This document shows positions 46,288 to 56,449 of a stretch of 64,000 nt of DNA, in pieces. Both the position numbers and the translations under genes were made by a program. Under the pieces are notes generated by a model. It did no database searches and was not told the DNA's origin. It saw only the letters and a program-made list of their open reading frames with translations. Position 1 is the first letter of the stretch. Every line of letters starts with the position of its first letter. The stretch is from a virus (Duplodnaviria; Caudoviricetes): IMG/VR virus record IMGVR_UViG_3300032227_000570, positions 1 through 64,000 of that record. One strand, written 5' to 3'.

Positions 46288-47901
46288 TTATATTTGTTTA
46301 TTAGTTAGGAAGTTTAGAAGGCTACCAACGGTTAGGTCAACCCCTCCACGGGAGTTGATACCTGTACCGTCAATAACTGCGTCAGCAACAGAGTTCTTCT
46401 GGTGCAGCATCTCGTGCTGACGTTCTTCAATAGAATTTAAAGCAAGAAAATCCTGAATGATGACAGTCTTCCACGTGCTAGAAGTACGTCGTATTCGAGA
46501 GTTTCTTTGGACTGCTGCACCAGAAGACCACGGCAGGTCGTAATTTACTAGGAGGTTTGCCTGTGGCAAGTCGACTCCGTAACCACCTGCATCACTGGAT
46601 ATCAAGACCCTAACTTCTTTAGAAGTCTGAAAATCTACCTTTGCTTCTTCTTTGGCCTTGGCATTCATTTCCCCTGAATATAGACGGCTTTTAATCTTCT
46701 TTAGAAGAAGCCGTTCCTGGATGAGGGGAAGCACACCCAGGTAACTGGCAAAGACTACGACCTTTGAGTTCTCATCCGTTTCCAGATGCTCCGCAATATA
46801 ACTGACCACTGCTTCCAGTTTCGGACAACTTGTACCAATATCACTGAGATAACCACCATCAGACAAGCCAGCAATGTATGCACTTCCACCTTTTGCTCCT
46901 TCTATAGCAAGACGTTCTCCGTCTATTTCGGTCCAGCCAGATTTATATTTAGTTGAACTTTCAACTAACAACATAGGGCTGTCGCACAACATTCGTAGTG
47001 CAGTTATTTTAGACATGATGGAGCCTCGCAGAGCATCTGCAGGACTTCCAGCAGCCCACCCTTGTCCGTAGTGAGCCTCAATAGAGAACCCTCCACCAAA
47101 CAAGTCTTGTGCTTCTTTTAGTTCGTTAGTTAAATCCATAGAAATCTTTTCGTACAACTCTCTGGACTTCTTATCTAACTTAACCCGTACTGGGTCTAAA
47201 TGAATAGTGGCGGGCAAGTACGGAGCAACGTCTTCGTCAGACTGTGCTTTGCGTACTGATGCGGCTTTAATCTTCTCATGTAGTAATGGAAGATTGCGGT
47301 ATCTCTGTACCCCGCCAAAGTTGTTTCTTACAATGAAGGTCTTATCAAAGAGGTCAAAGCGACCAAGCAGACCTGGCTCTACAAACTGCATAATGCTGTA
47401 CAACTCTTCAGGCTTACCGTTTTCAATTGGTGTGCCTGTCAATGCAAAACGCACTGGAATGTTTGCAGCAAGTTCTTTAACCTTCTTAGTTCTCTTGGAC
47501 CTAAAGCCCTTGATAGCGGTTGCTTCGTCACAAACAACCACACCAAAATCAATGTGCTTTAACATGTCCCAGTCATTCACAATCGATTCATAATTTGTAA
47601 TTACATAGTTGTGCTTTCCAGCATCTGCGTACTGAGTAGTGCGGGTTGTCTTGTTGCCATCAATAACTAAAGATGTTGCATCAGAGAACTTCTTTATCTC
47701 ACTTGCCCATTGATACTTAAGACTGGCTAAAGCAATTACAAGTACAGGCTTTTTTAGACCTTCTTCACGCATCTGCTCAATTGCAGCAATTGTCATGCAA
47801 GTTTTACCAAGACCCATTTCATAGGCAACAAGAACCCTGCCTCGTTCCACCATTTTGTTAACGGCTTCAGGCTGGTAGGGCTTCAATGTTCCTTTAAACA
47901 T
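46288..47901 (-). CDS. SNF2-family helicase
   Basis: LKPYQ, EMGLGKT, CDEA, LTGTPIEN, GYGVDL, YDLPW, QRNSRIRR. Confidence 0.9.
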   Translation of the reverse strand: MFKGTLKPYQPEAVNKMVERGRVLVAYEMGLGKTCMTIAAIEQMREEGLKKPVLVIALASLKYQWASEIKKFSDATSLVIDGNKTTRTTQYADAGKHNYVITNYESIVNDWDMLKHIDFGVVVCDEATAIKGFRSKRTKKVKELAANIPVRFALTGTPIENGKPEELYSIMQFVEPGLLGRFDLFDKTFIVRNNFGGVQRYRNLPLLHEKIKAASVRKAQSDEDVAPYLPATIHLDPVRVKLDKKSRELYEKISMDLTNELKEAQDLFGGGFSIEAHYGQGWAAGSPADALRGSIMSKITALRMLCDSPMLLVESSTKYKSGWTEIDGERLAIEGAKGGSAYIAGLSDGGYLSDIGTSCPKLEAVVSYIAEHLETDENSKVVVFASYLGVLPLIQERLLLKKIKSRLYSGEMNAKAKEEAKVDFQTSKEVRVLISSDAGGYGVDLPQANLLVNYDLPWSSGAAVQRNSRIRRTSSTWKTVIIQDFLALNSIEERQHEMLHQKNSVADAVIDGTGINSRGGVDLTVGSLLNFLTNKQI

Positions 47902-48101
47902 TAACTACGACCGTTCAAAGACCCAGGCAAAGAAGTAATCACATTGTGGTTTTCTAAGTCAGACAAAATCATGTCTTCTAAATCTAAAGCGTTGTTTGCT
48001 TTGAGTACACGGCGTACCTTCTCAATGCTTTCCTGAAACGCATCTTTCTCTGCTTGAACACGTTCTTCTAGCAAAGTCTGGCTAGTATCTTTTGCTTTCA
48101 C
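47901..48101 (-). CDS. hypothetical protein
   Basis: Coupled ORF. Confidence 0.6.
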   Translation of the reverse strand: MKAKDTSQTLLEERVQAEKDAFQESIEKVRRVLKANNALDLEDMILSDLENHNVITSLPGSLNGRS

Positions 48102-49060
48102 TATAGGTACGCTGCCTCTCCATAAATCATGTCCTTAGCGTTATCCAATCCAAACCTTATCTGTTCATCGGTCATGTCACCGACATCCTTGATGCCCGTG
48201 TCACCGTAGTTAAAGAACTTCACGGTCATACCGTACTTCCTACCACTGACAATCATCTCTTCACAGGCTTTCTTACCTGCCGCATCAATCTTTGGGTTAT
48301 CAAAGGCTGCTATGACGGTGTCGCTGTATCGCAGTAACTTGGCTTGGGTTTCGCTAACCATTGCACCAAAGGCAGCAACGGCTCCAGCAATTCCTGCAGA
48401 AGAAATACGAACAGCATCTAGGGGTGACTCAACAACAATCACCATGTCTGGGTTGTGTTCGTGAGCACCAAATAGCGTCTTCGATTTTGTCACACCTGCA
48501 GGGTAGTTTTTAAAACTACGTGTGCCTTCTCCCTTTTCTTGCCAACCCCACAATGTGTAATCGCTAGGACTTCTAATTGGCAAAATCCATGTGTCGTCTT
48601 CACGCCACAATACTTCGTACTTCTTTGCTGCCTCTAAAGTTATACGGCGTTTATCTAAAGCCCACTGCGGTGGGTCTGTAAACAATGCCAGCCTTGCTTC
48701 ATTCATCGGTAGTTCTTGTTTTACAGATACGTAGGTAGGCATTTGCTTTAGTCGTTCTCCTAGTTCTTCTATAGATATTTCACCGAGGTTTGCTAACCAC
48801 TGTTTAACTTGTTCGTAGTCAATGGCTTCACCTAAGTAAAACTCATTAACTTCACCGACTAAAGAGAATACGTTGCCTTTCCAACCACATGAAAAACAAA
48901 TGTGTGCACCTGTCTCTTGGTTTATCCACCAAGAAGGGTTGTGGTCTTCTTTTCCAGTTCGAGCCTTGTGCATTGGGCAGAACGAGAGAATCTCATCTCC
49001 TCGTTCACGGATAACTTCAATGCTTAACTTTTCTAGTACTTGTGGAATATCGACAGTCAT
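48101..49060 (-). CDS. DNA primase (Zn finger + TOPRIM)
   Basis: CPMH..D.NPS..CFSCG; VVESPLDA; AFDN..D.AG; KDVGD. Confidence 0.88.
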   Translation of the reverse strand: MTVDIPQVLEKLSIEVIRERGDEILSFCPMHKARTGKEDHNPSWWINQETGAHICFSCGWKGNVFSLVGEVNEFYLGEAIDYEQVKQWLANLGEISIEELGERLKQMPTYVSVKQELPMNEARLALFTDPPQWALDKRRITLEAAKKYEVLWREDDTWILPIRSPSDYTLWGWQEKGEGTRSFKNYPAGVTKSKTLFGAHEHNPDMVIVVESPLDAVRISSAGIAGAVAAFGAMVSETQAKLLRYSDTVIAAFDNPKIDAAGKKACEEMIVSGRKYGMTVKFFNYGDTGIKDVGDMTDEQIRFGLDNAKDMIYGEAAYL

Positions 49061-50310
49061 TACATCAACCCTCGCTTACACAAAGCACATGTGTGCATCT
49101 TGCTTTCTTCGTGGAAGCAGCCTGTCTCCCAGTTCCAAACCATAGATACTTCTTGAGGACCACAGTTACGGCTTGCAACAATCTTGAAGTTACGCATGTC
49201 CTCTACATCTGGAACAGGTTCCAAACCAAAAATAACATCTGAGTCTTGGAAGAAAGAAGAGGAGTAACCGATTGAGTCTGCGGTTACCTTTCCTCCACGC
49301 ATCTTCCACAACAAAGTCTGTGTGGTGATAACGACTGGAATGTCATGACGTTGTGCTAGACGCTTCAGAGCACGAGTCACGTTTGTAATGGACTGAGGTG
49401 TGTTCATCTCACCTGTCTGCTCATCCATCATCAAATACACACCATCTACAAATACAACCTCTGGCTTTAACTTGGTGATGGTTGCAGAAAGGGAAGCAAC
49501 CGTTAATCCGTTAACAGCATCTACTAGATGAAACGGAGTCTGCATTTGTCCCATGTCTTTTAGCATGTCTACATATCGTGCTTCTTCATCTTGGAATAAC
49601 TTTCCACGACGAAGTCGTCCGTGAGATACCTGTGCTCGCATAGCATCGTGACGTTGTTGTTGTTCACGGTTTGTCATCTCAAACGATTGGAACATAGGTG
49701 TCTTGCCTTGCTTATGGACGTTGATTGCAACAGCCATAGCAATCTGAGACTTACCTGTCTTAGGTGGAGCAATGATTGTAATTAACTGACCACCTTGAAG
49801 ACCTGCAGTTGCTTCATCCATTGTGTCAAAGCCTGTACCAATACCAAGCATTGTGTGATTAGCAAGTGCTTGATACTCAGCAAAACGGTCTTCTGCATCT
49901 TTAACCAAGTCAACTTCATTAGTGCCTTTAGTTCCTTGAAGGTTGACACGATTGATTGCTGCTTCCATTGCAACCAATGCACCTTCATGGTCGTTGTGAG
50001 TTAACTTATCTACAGACTCTTCAAGACCTTGACGAACCAATAACTTGCGACGGAATGTGACTGCTTGGTCAACAAGAAAATCTAATGAGTCTTGTACATC
50101 TAAAACTTTGTAAGTTGGGTAATGGTCTTTAACTGTTACTGCAGTTGGTACTTCTGAATACTCTGTGTAGTGCTTAACAACAAACTTCCAAACACGTGAG
50201 TTGTCTTCATCAAGAAACCAATCACTTGTAACGCCTTGTTGAATTGCTGGAAGGATGTCTCTGTCACGGATTACTTTACTAACTAACCGATGCTCGTTAT
50301 CTGCTGCCAT
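49060..50310 (-). CDS. dnaB: DnaB-like replicative helicase
   Basis: TGF..MD..T.G, APPKTGKS, SFEM, VFVDG, LKRLA, QDSD. Confidence 0.88.
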   Translation of the reverse strand: MAADNEHRLVSKVIRDRDILPAIQQGVTSDWFLDEDNSRVWKFVVKHYTEYSEVPTAVTVKDHYPTYKVLDVQDSLDFLVDQAVTFRRKLLVRQGLEESVDKLTHNDHEGALVAMEAAINRVNLQGTKGTNEVDLVKDAEDRFAEYQALANHTMLGIGTGFDTMDEATAGLQGGQLITIIAPPKTGKSQIAMAVAINVHKQGKTPMFQSFEMTNREQQQRHDAMRAQVSHGRLRRGKLFQDEEARYVDMLKDMGQMQTPFHLVDAVNGLTVASLSATITKLKPEVVFVDGVYLMMDEQTGEMNTPQSITNVTRALKRLAQRHDIPVVITTQTLLWKMRGGKVTADSIGYSSSFFQDSDVIFGLEPVPDVEDMRNFKIVASRNCGPQEVSMVWNWETGCFHEESKMHTCALCKRGLM

Positions 50311-50325
50311 TGCCCCATCTTTTCT

Positions 50326-50742
50326 CTAAAGTCTGCTTAAGTCAATACCCCATGAGCCGTACATTGCGTTGCGAGTTGGTAAGTCAACCACACCTTTAAG
50401 ATTTATGCGATAAGGCAAGTCATCTACTAACTCTTGTGTTGTTATATAAGTTTGGGCAAGGTTAAATGGATTGCCACCACGTCTATCTAAAATGTCCATG
50501 ACTTTGTCTAGGGACTCCTGGTCCCATCCGTTTTCTTCAGTGCCAGCAAGTTCTACAGACAAGCCGTACTTGTTTGTAAGAATCCACAACTGGTAGACCT
50601 CTGCCTTTTTAACGTTCTTTAACTTTAAAGAAGTTTCTTTAGAAAGGAACTTTCTTTCTGTAACTTCTACACGCTCTGCTACTACATCAGCAAGAACAAT
50701 TAAACGGGGAGGGGTTTCATTGGAGATATCTCCACCCCTCAT
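50326..50742 (-). CDS. hypothetical protein, possibly degenerate HAD-like
   Basis: MRGGDISNE...; position in the replication operon. Confidence 0.55.
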   Translation of the reverse strand: MRGGDISNETPPRLIVLADVVAERVEVTERKFLSKETSLKLKNVKKAEVYQLWILTNKYGLSVELAGTEENGWDQESLDKVMDILDRRGGNPFNLAQTYITTQELVDDLPYRINLKGVVDLPTRNAMYGSWGIDLSRL

Positions 50743-51038
50743 AGGACCTCAACTCTTGCGTACTTTAAAACAAACTCACGGAATGACTCTGCACTCTCGT
50801 TTGCTTTATCCGCAACATCTTCAGGTACATCATCAGGAACAAGGATTGCGTAGTGCCCATCGTTCTCTGCCATACGAGCAGTTACAAACTGAGTGTGCTT
50901 GCACTTGTTTCTAATCTTGTAAGAAGGGCAAGAGCATTGTGCATTGGTGTCGTTGGGGCGTAGTTGTACCTCGTACACACCTGTCGGTGAGAGGAACACT
51001 TGCACTGTACGCCACGTATCCAAGTTTGAGCCTTTCAT
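50739..51038 (-). CDS. SWIM zinc-finger protein
   Basis: CSCPSYKIRNKCKH. Confidence 0.8.
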   Translation of the reverse strand: MKGSNLDTWRTVQVFLSPTGVYEVQLRPNDTNAQCSCPSYKIRNKCKHTQFVTARMAENDGHYAILVPDDVPEDVADKANESAESFREFVLKYARVEVL

Positions 51039-51751
51039 CCTTTAGCCCTCCGTAAGTCTTTACCAGTAAGTCGAACTCTATGGAACGCCTCATTAGCAAA
51101 ACTCGCCATCGCATTGCTGTATTTGGCGGACCAATTTTCCAGCATCTCGTTGGTAGTTACTATTGTAGGGAGTGCACGGTCATAACGGCTTCTTAATATC
51201 TCATCAAATGATGCGTCGTCGTATTTAGAACCGTACTCCTTACCAAGGTCGTCGAGTATGAGAAGTCTAACGTTTAACCAATCTTCTTTAGCACGTCCGT
51301 GAAAACCCTCAATCTGACGATTCATTTCACGCTTTTCTTCAGCGTCTGCATCAAAGGTGGCTTTCTTTCGTGACAAGAACTCTGGATATGTCAGGTAATA
51401 CACAGGTCGTGACATAAGGCCATAGTCGGATTGGTTGGAATACTGAAGTACTTCTTTAGCCTTTTCCATATCCAAACGACGGATGAACTCCATCGCTGCA
51501 ACAACTGCGTGGGTTGTCTTACCAAGACCAGGACCGCCGTCAAACAAGAGTCCAACACCAGTCTGCCCTAGACCACCGACAGTTTTAATGCAGTGACCTG
51601 TGAGCATGTCCTCTAGCCAGTCCTCAATAATGGGTGGGAACTCAGAGAGCATGTCGCTAGGTTCCAAGCCCATGAAGCGACGGGGGATGTTTGAGTTGTT
51701 AAGTATCCATCGCTTCTTTGCAGGTTCTAACTCATCGATTTGGTAGGTCAT
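51035..51751 (-). CDS. DnaC/IstB-like helicase-loader ATPase
   Basis: IPRRF, GGPGLGKT, LILDDLGKE, RY...LPTIVTTN, G.DLR. Confidence 0.85.
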   Translation of the reverse strand: MTYQIDELEPAKKRWILNNSNIPRRFMGLEPSDMLSEFPPIIEDWLEDMLTGHCIKTVGGLGQTGVGLLFDGGPGLGKTTHAVVAAMEFIRRLDMEKAKEVLQYSNQSDYGLMSRPVYYLTYPEFLSRKKATFDADAEEKREMNRQIEGFHGRAKEDWLNVRLLILDDLGKEYGSKYDDASFDEILRSRYDRALPTIVTTNEMLENWSAKYSNAMASFANEAFHRVRLTGKDLRRAKG

Positions 51752-51929
51752 CAGATGTCATCCCAGTTTCTTGAATCGTTAATACAAAGTACTTCTGACC
51801 TGGGAATAAGATGCTTGTCACGATGTCAATGATTCGTTCTTTCCACTTTGGCATCTCAACAATTGCAAAAACAGGTAGTGCGTCCTTTTTTTTAGTCTTG
51901 GACATTTTTATCCTTGTAAGGCTCTGCAC
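51732..51929 (-). CDS. hypothetical protein
   Basis: ORF track. Confidence 0.55.
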   Translation of the reverse strand: MQSLTRIKMSKTKKKDALPVFAIVEMPKWKERIIDIVTSILFPGQKYFVLTIQETGMTSDDLPNR

Positions 51930-52095
51930 GAACTACTACTCCTTGGAAAGGAATCTGTGCGTCGTCGCCTTGCATGTAGTCCTGAACAGCAAAAGACAAG
52001 AAGTCTCTAATGTGGTCAACTGTTGCTGATGTAAACTCCATGTACTTTGGATAAACCTCAACAGTAAATACATGTGGGTTAAGTGGGTTTGTCAT
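51892..52095 (-). CDS. hypothetical protein
   Basis: ATGA coupling. Confidence 0.6.
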   Translation of the reverse strand: MTNPLNPHVFTVEVYPKYMEFTSATVDHIRDFLSFAVQDYMQGDDAQIPFQGVVVRAEPYKDKNVQD

Positions 52096-53039
52096 TTGTT
52101 TAGTTTCCCTTCATATCGCTCTAAGTATTTTCGTCCGACAATGGTGTTATCGAATGCCCGACCATCCGAAGCATAGACGAATTGCTCGCCGTCGTCATCT
52201 ACTGGGTTGGTGAGTCCGATGTTCTCTCGTGCCTTGTTCATGTGAGTACGGAACATCGCAAGGTATCGCTTGTAGAGGTGTGGTGCCTCATCGCCAACAT
52301 CTTTGAAGTTCTTCTCATCGACCATAAACATTTTAAGGATTTCCATTTCGACCAGGGCTGTCGTTTGGTATTGCTTCCGCATCTTTGCGAGTGCTCCCGC
52401 CAGATGGTTTACATTCACGGTGCCTGGCAGCCACGGGAACTTACGACCTACAAGGAAGGAGAACTCGGCTGCAACATCACGGGTTGTCCACTCTGTTACG
52501 GGTCGCTTGCCTCGGGTCTTGGTGTCCTTCTTGGAGGGCGTGGACCTCGGTGACTCGTCGGCAAACTTTCCGATTCCGCCCACTTGCTCATCCTGCTGCT
52601 GCTCTTGTTTCCACGACTTGTTCATGGTCTCCTCATCCACTTTTTGGATTTTTATATTTTCATTACTTATTAACTTATTAACTATATGGCTATTAGGTAG
52701 GAGCACTAGACCATCTGGTTCATGTGTTGTTAGCCTCTGTGGAGGCTCACTAGAGCCTATGGACGTGAGCCTCTGTAGAGGCCCACACAAGGTGTATTGC
52801 GAAGTCGTATAGAGGCCCCTATTGCGTTTCCGTCTCGTGGCGACGAGATAACCCGCATCCTCTAAAGCCTTCAGAGAGGCTTTGACGTGGCTCTGTGCTG
52901 AGACCTTAGTCAGGGCGGCGAGATGACCCACGGAGGTCTCTATGACCCCTTTGCGGTCTGCTAGATGGCAGAGTACGACTAAGAGACGGAACTGGTAATG
53001 GGTCAGTTCCGCCTCTAGTAGTTCGTCAGGGATGTTCAT
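52092..53039 (-). CDS. replication initiator-like protein (N-terminal winged HTH)
   Basis: FRLLVVLC..AD..G....S...LA..T..S...V..SLK.LE..GY; upstream of the DnaC-like loader. Confidence 0.7.
   Translation of the reverse strand: MNIPDELLEAELTHYQFRLLVVLCHLADRKGVIETSVGHLAALTKVSAQSHVKASLKALEDAGYLVATRRKRNRGLYTTSQYTLCGPLQRLTSIGSSEPPQRLTTHEPDGLVLLPNSHIVNKLISNENIKIQKVDEETMNKSWKQEQQQDEQVGGIGKFADESPRSTPSKKDTKTRGKRPVTEWTTRDVAAEFSFLVGRKFPWLPGTVNVNHLAGALAKMRKQYQTTALVEMEILKMFMVDEKNFKDVGDEAPHLYKRYLAMFRTHMNKARENIGLTNPVDDDGEQFVYASDGRAFDNTIVGRKYLERYEGKLNK
52641..52783. other. candidate replication origin inside the initiator gene
   Basis: Two palindromic AGCCTCTGTRGAGGC repeats (52732, 52768) beside an AT-rich tract 52641-52695. 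Confidence 0.55.
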
Positions 53040-53503
53040 TCTGGGCGACGGTACTTGCGCTTTCCGTCTTCGTCAATCTGGTCCATAACCATCTTGTAGA
53101 CAACAGCGATAAGGGTGTCAGTGAAGTCTGATAGGACTTCCTCTAGACGCTCCTCAAGAACGGCTGTCTCCATGTCAATAAGGTTGAGACCGTCTGAGAT
53201 ATCCCAAACCTCATTCTTCTTATCTGCAGACCACTCAATAACATCAAAGCACTCATCTGAGTCATCCCATGCCACGGCGACGAGGTCTGTTTCGTCTAAT
53301 GAAGCAAGGACAACCATGAGGTCATCACCTGTTCTTACAGGTATTCCCTTTTCAGAGGCTGTGATTAGTACTTGGTCGTGTGTTTCGTTTGGTTCTGCCG
53401 ATGGCAAAATAACCTCACTGATTACCTTCTTCGCTAATAGCAAGCGAAAGCCGTGGGTTACATCTACATCATCGGAAGTGCCAACTACTAATAGTCTTGG
53501 CAT
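53036..53503 (-). CDS. hypothetical acidic protein
   Basis: aggag RBS; ATGA coupling. Confidence 0.7.
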   Translation of the reverse strand: MPRLLVVGTSDDVDVTHGFRLLLAKKVISEVILPSAEPNETHDQVLITASEKGIPVRTGDDLMVVLASLDETDLVAVAWDDSDECFDVIEWSADKKNEVWDISDGLNLIDMETAVLEERLEEVLSDFTDTLIAVVYKMVMDQIDEDGKRKYRRPE

Positions 53504-53512
53504 TTTATTCTC

Positions 53513-53761
53513 CTAGAGGCGACGGGTTGTTACTGCGACTGGTTTTTCTAAAAGCATCATAACAGCAAGAGACAAAAACGCTCCTGCAGGAGCCATGATG
53601 ATGAGGTCGTAAGGAAGGTACCCGATTAGGTAAAAGACACCTGCGGATAGTGCAAGGGCTAGAAAACCCTTGAATTTCTTAAGGTCATAGAACGCATCTA
53701 CTGCCCCAAGAAAAAAAGAGATAAACGATGTTGCGATAATTAAGTCGATTATGGTTTCCAT
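53513..53761 (-). CDS. 3-TM membrane protein
   Basis: Hydrophobic helices; leaderless TAGTAT-N6-ATG. Confidence 0.7.
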   Translation of the reverse strand: METIIDLIIATSFISFFLGAVDAFYDLKKFKGFLALALSAGVFYLIGYLPYDLIIMAPAGAFLSLAVMMLLEKPVAVTTRRL

Positions 53762-53779
53762 AACCGCATACTACTACGA

Positions 53780-55990
53780 CTAGGAAGTTCCCTCTTCACC
53801 CTTGAAAGAGCGGACACGCCATTGAGTTCCCATAGGGACCCACTGGCTAAGGCTGTCTAGAAGACGAGCAATCTTGATAGTACGGCTCTGGTAAAAGTAG
53901 GAGTAGGAAGCGTGGGCAGTGCCTGACCAATAGACACCGCTTGCAGCAGGAAGAGAGCCGTCAAAGTAATCGGTGGCATTAAAACCAGCCTCAACCTGTG
54001 CAGCATCAACGTATACGCTCACTGATGAAGAAGACAGTGTTCCAGCAATATTGAGTGAAAGAGTGATGTTCCCTGTTGCTGACAAGTCTTCAGGTATGTA
54101 GAGACTTACTGTGTACCGTTGCCATGTTGAGGTTAGAGCCAGGGTTGATGAAGCATTGACCACGTTTGTAGAGTCATCATCGTCTGCAACTAAGGTCATA
54201 GTCAAGGTGGAGTTGGCAGATGCCTTCATGTAGATAGACGCTGTGTAGAAAGACCCTTGAGTCAACTTATAAGTATTGGGGTTTTTATTAGCGTTTGTAG
54301 ACAGTGAAAAGGCGGTTTGTCCAGATAGTCGTAAAGAATAGGTTCCAGGAAGTCCTGGTGGAATTGTTGTGTTGTCTCTTGTTGCTGAAGAGTTGGTAGT
54401 CCAATAAGTTGAGTTTGTTTCAAATGATGGGTTAGCAAGGATGTTTACTTTTCTTGGTTCCAAGAATACGTCTAATGCTCTTGCTTCATCGTAATTGGTA
54501 GCAGTTGCACTAGGTGCCATCTGTACACAGTCGATGTTATATGAGTTTTGTGTTCTGAACTTTAACCGAAACGCCGCATAAACCGCACCAGCAGGAGCGG
54601 TAGCAGTTTGCTCAATGCGTTGGTACACACCTGTAGTTCCGTATTCAGTTCCGATTACTGGAGACCCAATCTGTGCTCCAACTTCGTCATACCAATAAAT
54701 ACGTCCTTCAACGTTTCCATTTGAATCTGAAGCAGCGTAATAACTGAACTTGTATGCGGTACCTGCTGTAACTGGAATTCCTTTTGTTCGAGGAGAGTCT
54801 TTGCCAATAAACATGTTTGAGGTGTTTGTAACGCTTCCAGTTGCTGCAGTTGAGCCTAGGTTTGCACCACTGTTGGCGTATGTAAAGACTGTAGGGCTTA
54901 TAACAGTTGCAACGGTTGCACCACTTGCATTAAATGCAGCATCAACACCAGTAATGTTTATAACGTCCCCTTGGTCAAGACCGTGGGCAGCACTAAGGGT
55001 TAGTTTAGCAATGTTGTCGGTTCGTTCTTTAAAAGTTACTGTAGATGTAGTTGTAACAAAACGACCTGAGTAAGCCTTATCAATAGCGTTATTTCCTGTA
55101 GGTGCTGTCTTGTTACTTACAGAAGTTAGAGTTCCATGAGTTTTAGTCCAACGACCAATGCCGTTAGTAAAAGAAGAATCTTGAACATCTAAAAAGAGAT
55201 TTGGAGAAACAGTAACTGTCGGTGCATATCCTGTAAGTGCTTCGATATACCCAGAGATACCTAAGTAGGTTCCCTTGTTCTTGTATAGGTAAACGCTTTC
55301 TCTAATTAACTTCTTTTGATTCTTGTTAGGCAACCCTCTCTCTGGATAAAGACCTAGATTAAGTTGGTTAATACCTAAAAGTTGAGGAGGAGTAGTTCTT
55401 TTTCCATAAGAGGGTTTTAATAAAGAAGCATAGGTAAGGACCTCATCATAAGAAAATGAGAAGGGCTTTAAAAACTTATAAACAAAAGACTCCGTGTTTG
55501 GGATACCTGTAGGTGTCTGGTCATCTGTTGTATACACTTTTGGAAGCATCTCAAACAAGCGTGTTTGTGTTCCAAAGTCTTTTGGAACAACGGTTGTTGC
55601 AAAACCCGCTTGTTTCCAAAGGTTAGCACTTGTAAAAATCCACATGGTGTAATAGACGAACTGACCAGTTGGTGGGTAGTAATCATTATCAGTGTTTGAA
55701 TCTAAGAAGTTGTCTATACCATCATAAAAACGGTCACGTTCAACTGTTCCAGAAAGATTTGTTGTTGATGCTTGTTCCCAAAGAACAATTCCATCTTCTG
55801 CGGTCTCTGGGTAATTATCGTTGTTTCTTACCAAACGAATTTTTGTAAAATCACCTGCAGGTGGATTCCACAAAATCCAAACTTGGTTGTAATCCATGGC
55901 ATAAGCAGACATAGGTTCTGAAGACAGGACAAGTCGTGGAGCCTGACCATAGTAGGCTCCATGAAATATCGCACCCGTGTACTTTGCCAC
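53780..55990 (-). CDS. baseplate wedge/tail protein with carbohydrate-binding modules
   Basis: P2 I-like segment (YLYKNKGT..GI..YIEALTG), NPSFET CBM-like domains, HGL..GD.I.ITG beta module. Confidence 0.75.
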   Translation of the reverse strand: MAKYTGAIFHGAYYGQAPRLVLSSEPMSAYAMDYNQVWILWNPPAGDFTKIRLVRNNDNYPETAEDGIVLWEQASTTNLSGTVERDRFYDGIDNFLDSNTDNDYYPPTGQFVYYTMWIFTSANLWKQAGFATTVVPKDFGTQTRLFEMLPKVYTTDDQTPTGIPNTESFVYKFLKPFSFSYDEVLTYASLLKPSYGKRTTPPQLLGINQLNLGLYPERGLPNKNQKKLIRESVYLYKNKGTYLGISGYIEALTGYAPTVTVSPNLFLDVQDSSFTNGIGRWTKTHGTLTSVSNKTAPTGNNAIDKAYSGRFVTTTSTVTFKERTDNIAKLTLSAAHGLDQGDVINITGVDAAFNASGATVATVISPTVFTYANSGANLGSTAATGSVTNTSNMFIGKDSPRTKGIPVTAGTAYKFSYYAASDSNGNVEGRIYWYDEVGAQIGSPVIGTEYGTTGVYQRIEQTATAPAGAVYAAFRLKFRTQNSYNIDCVQMAPSATATNYDEARALDVFLEPRKVNILANPSFETNSTYWTTNSSATRDNTTIPPGLPGTYSLRLSGQTAFSLSTNANKNPNTYKLTQGSFYTASIYMKASANSTLTMTLVADDDDSTNVVNASSTLALTSTWQRYTVSLYIPEDLSATGNITLSLNIAGTLSSSSVSVYVDAAQVEAGFNATDYFDGSLPAASGVYWSGTAHASYSYFYQSRTIKIARLLDSLSQWVPMGTQWRVRSFKGEEGTS

Positions 55991-56000
55991 TTAAAAGTAC

Positions 56001-56447
56001 CTACGCAGTCATTTGAACGGCGATGTAGTTTAACTTTAGTGGGTAACTGTTTCCTGCTTGTCCGTCTGTAATAGGTGTGTCCATCTCAACTTCGTATGTA
56101 AATTGAGCGTTTGATACCGTCTTTACTGTTCCATAACCGTTCTTAACGGTAGTTGGGTAAGTAACTGATACAAAAACAATAGGGGTCTGACTGAAACGAC
56201 CTAAATCAAAAGCCTTAGTTCCAATAATTAGTTGGTCTCCGCCAGTACTTGTTGTTAGATTAACAGTTCCAACCTCAATTGCATAAGGCACTTGAGAAGG
56301 ACGAATAATCTGTCCATTAAATGTAGCACCGCTTGTAAAAGTATTAGCCGCATTTAAACGGGCATAGTTACTTAAATCAGGATAGGCAATAGAAAGTGGC
56401 TCCCATTCGGTTCCACTCCAAACTCGGACTTCTCTGTAATTAGGCAT
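56001..56447 (-). CDS. minor tail protein, H-type lectin-like
   Basis: FSQTPIVFVSV...F...LNYIAV. Confidence 0.6.
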   Translation of the reverse strand: MPNYREVRVWSGTEWEPLSIAYPDLSNYARLNAANTFTSGATFNGQIIRPSQVPYAIEVGTVNLTTSTGGDQLIIGTKAFDLGRFSQTPIVFVSVTYPTTVKNGYGTVKTVSNAQFTYEVEMDTPITDGQAGNSYPLKLNYIAVQMTA

Positions 56448-56449
56448 AG

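Noticed and set aside
24405-50310. Inteins or introns in nrdJ, polA, recA, dnaB or the helicase
   Set aside because: The proteins have ordinary lengths and contiguous motifs.
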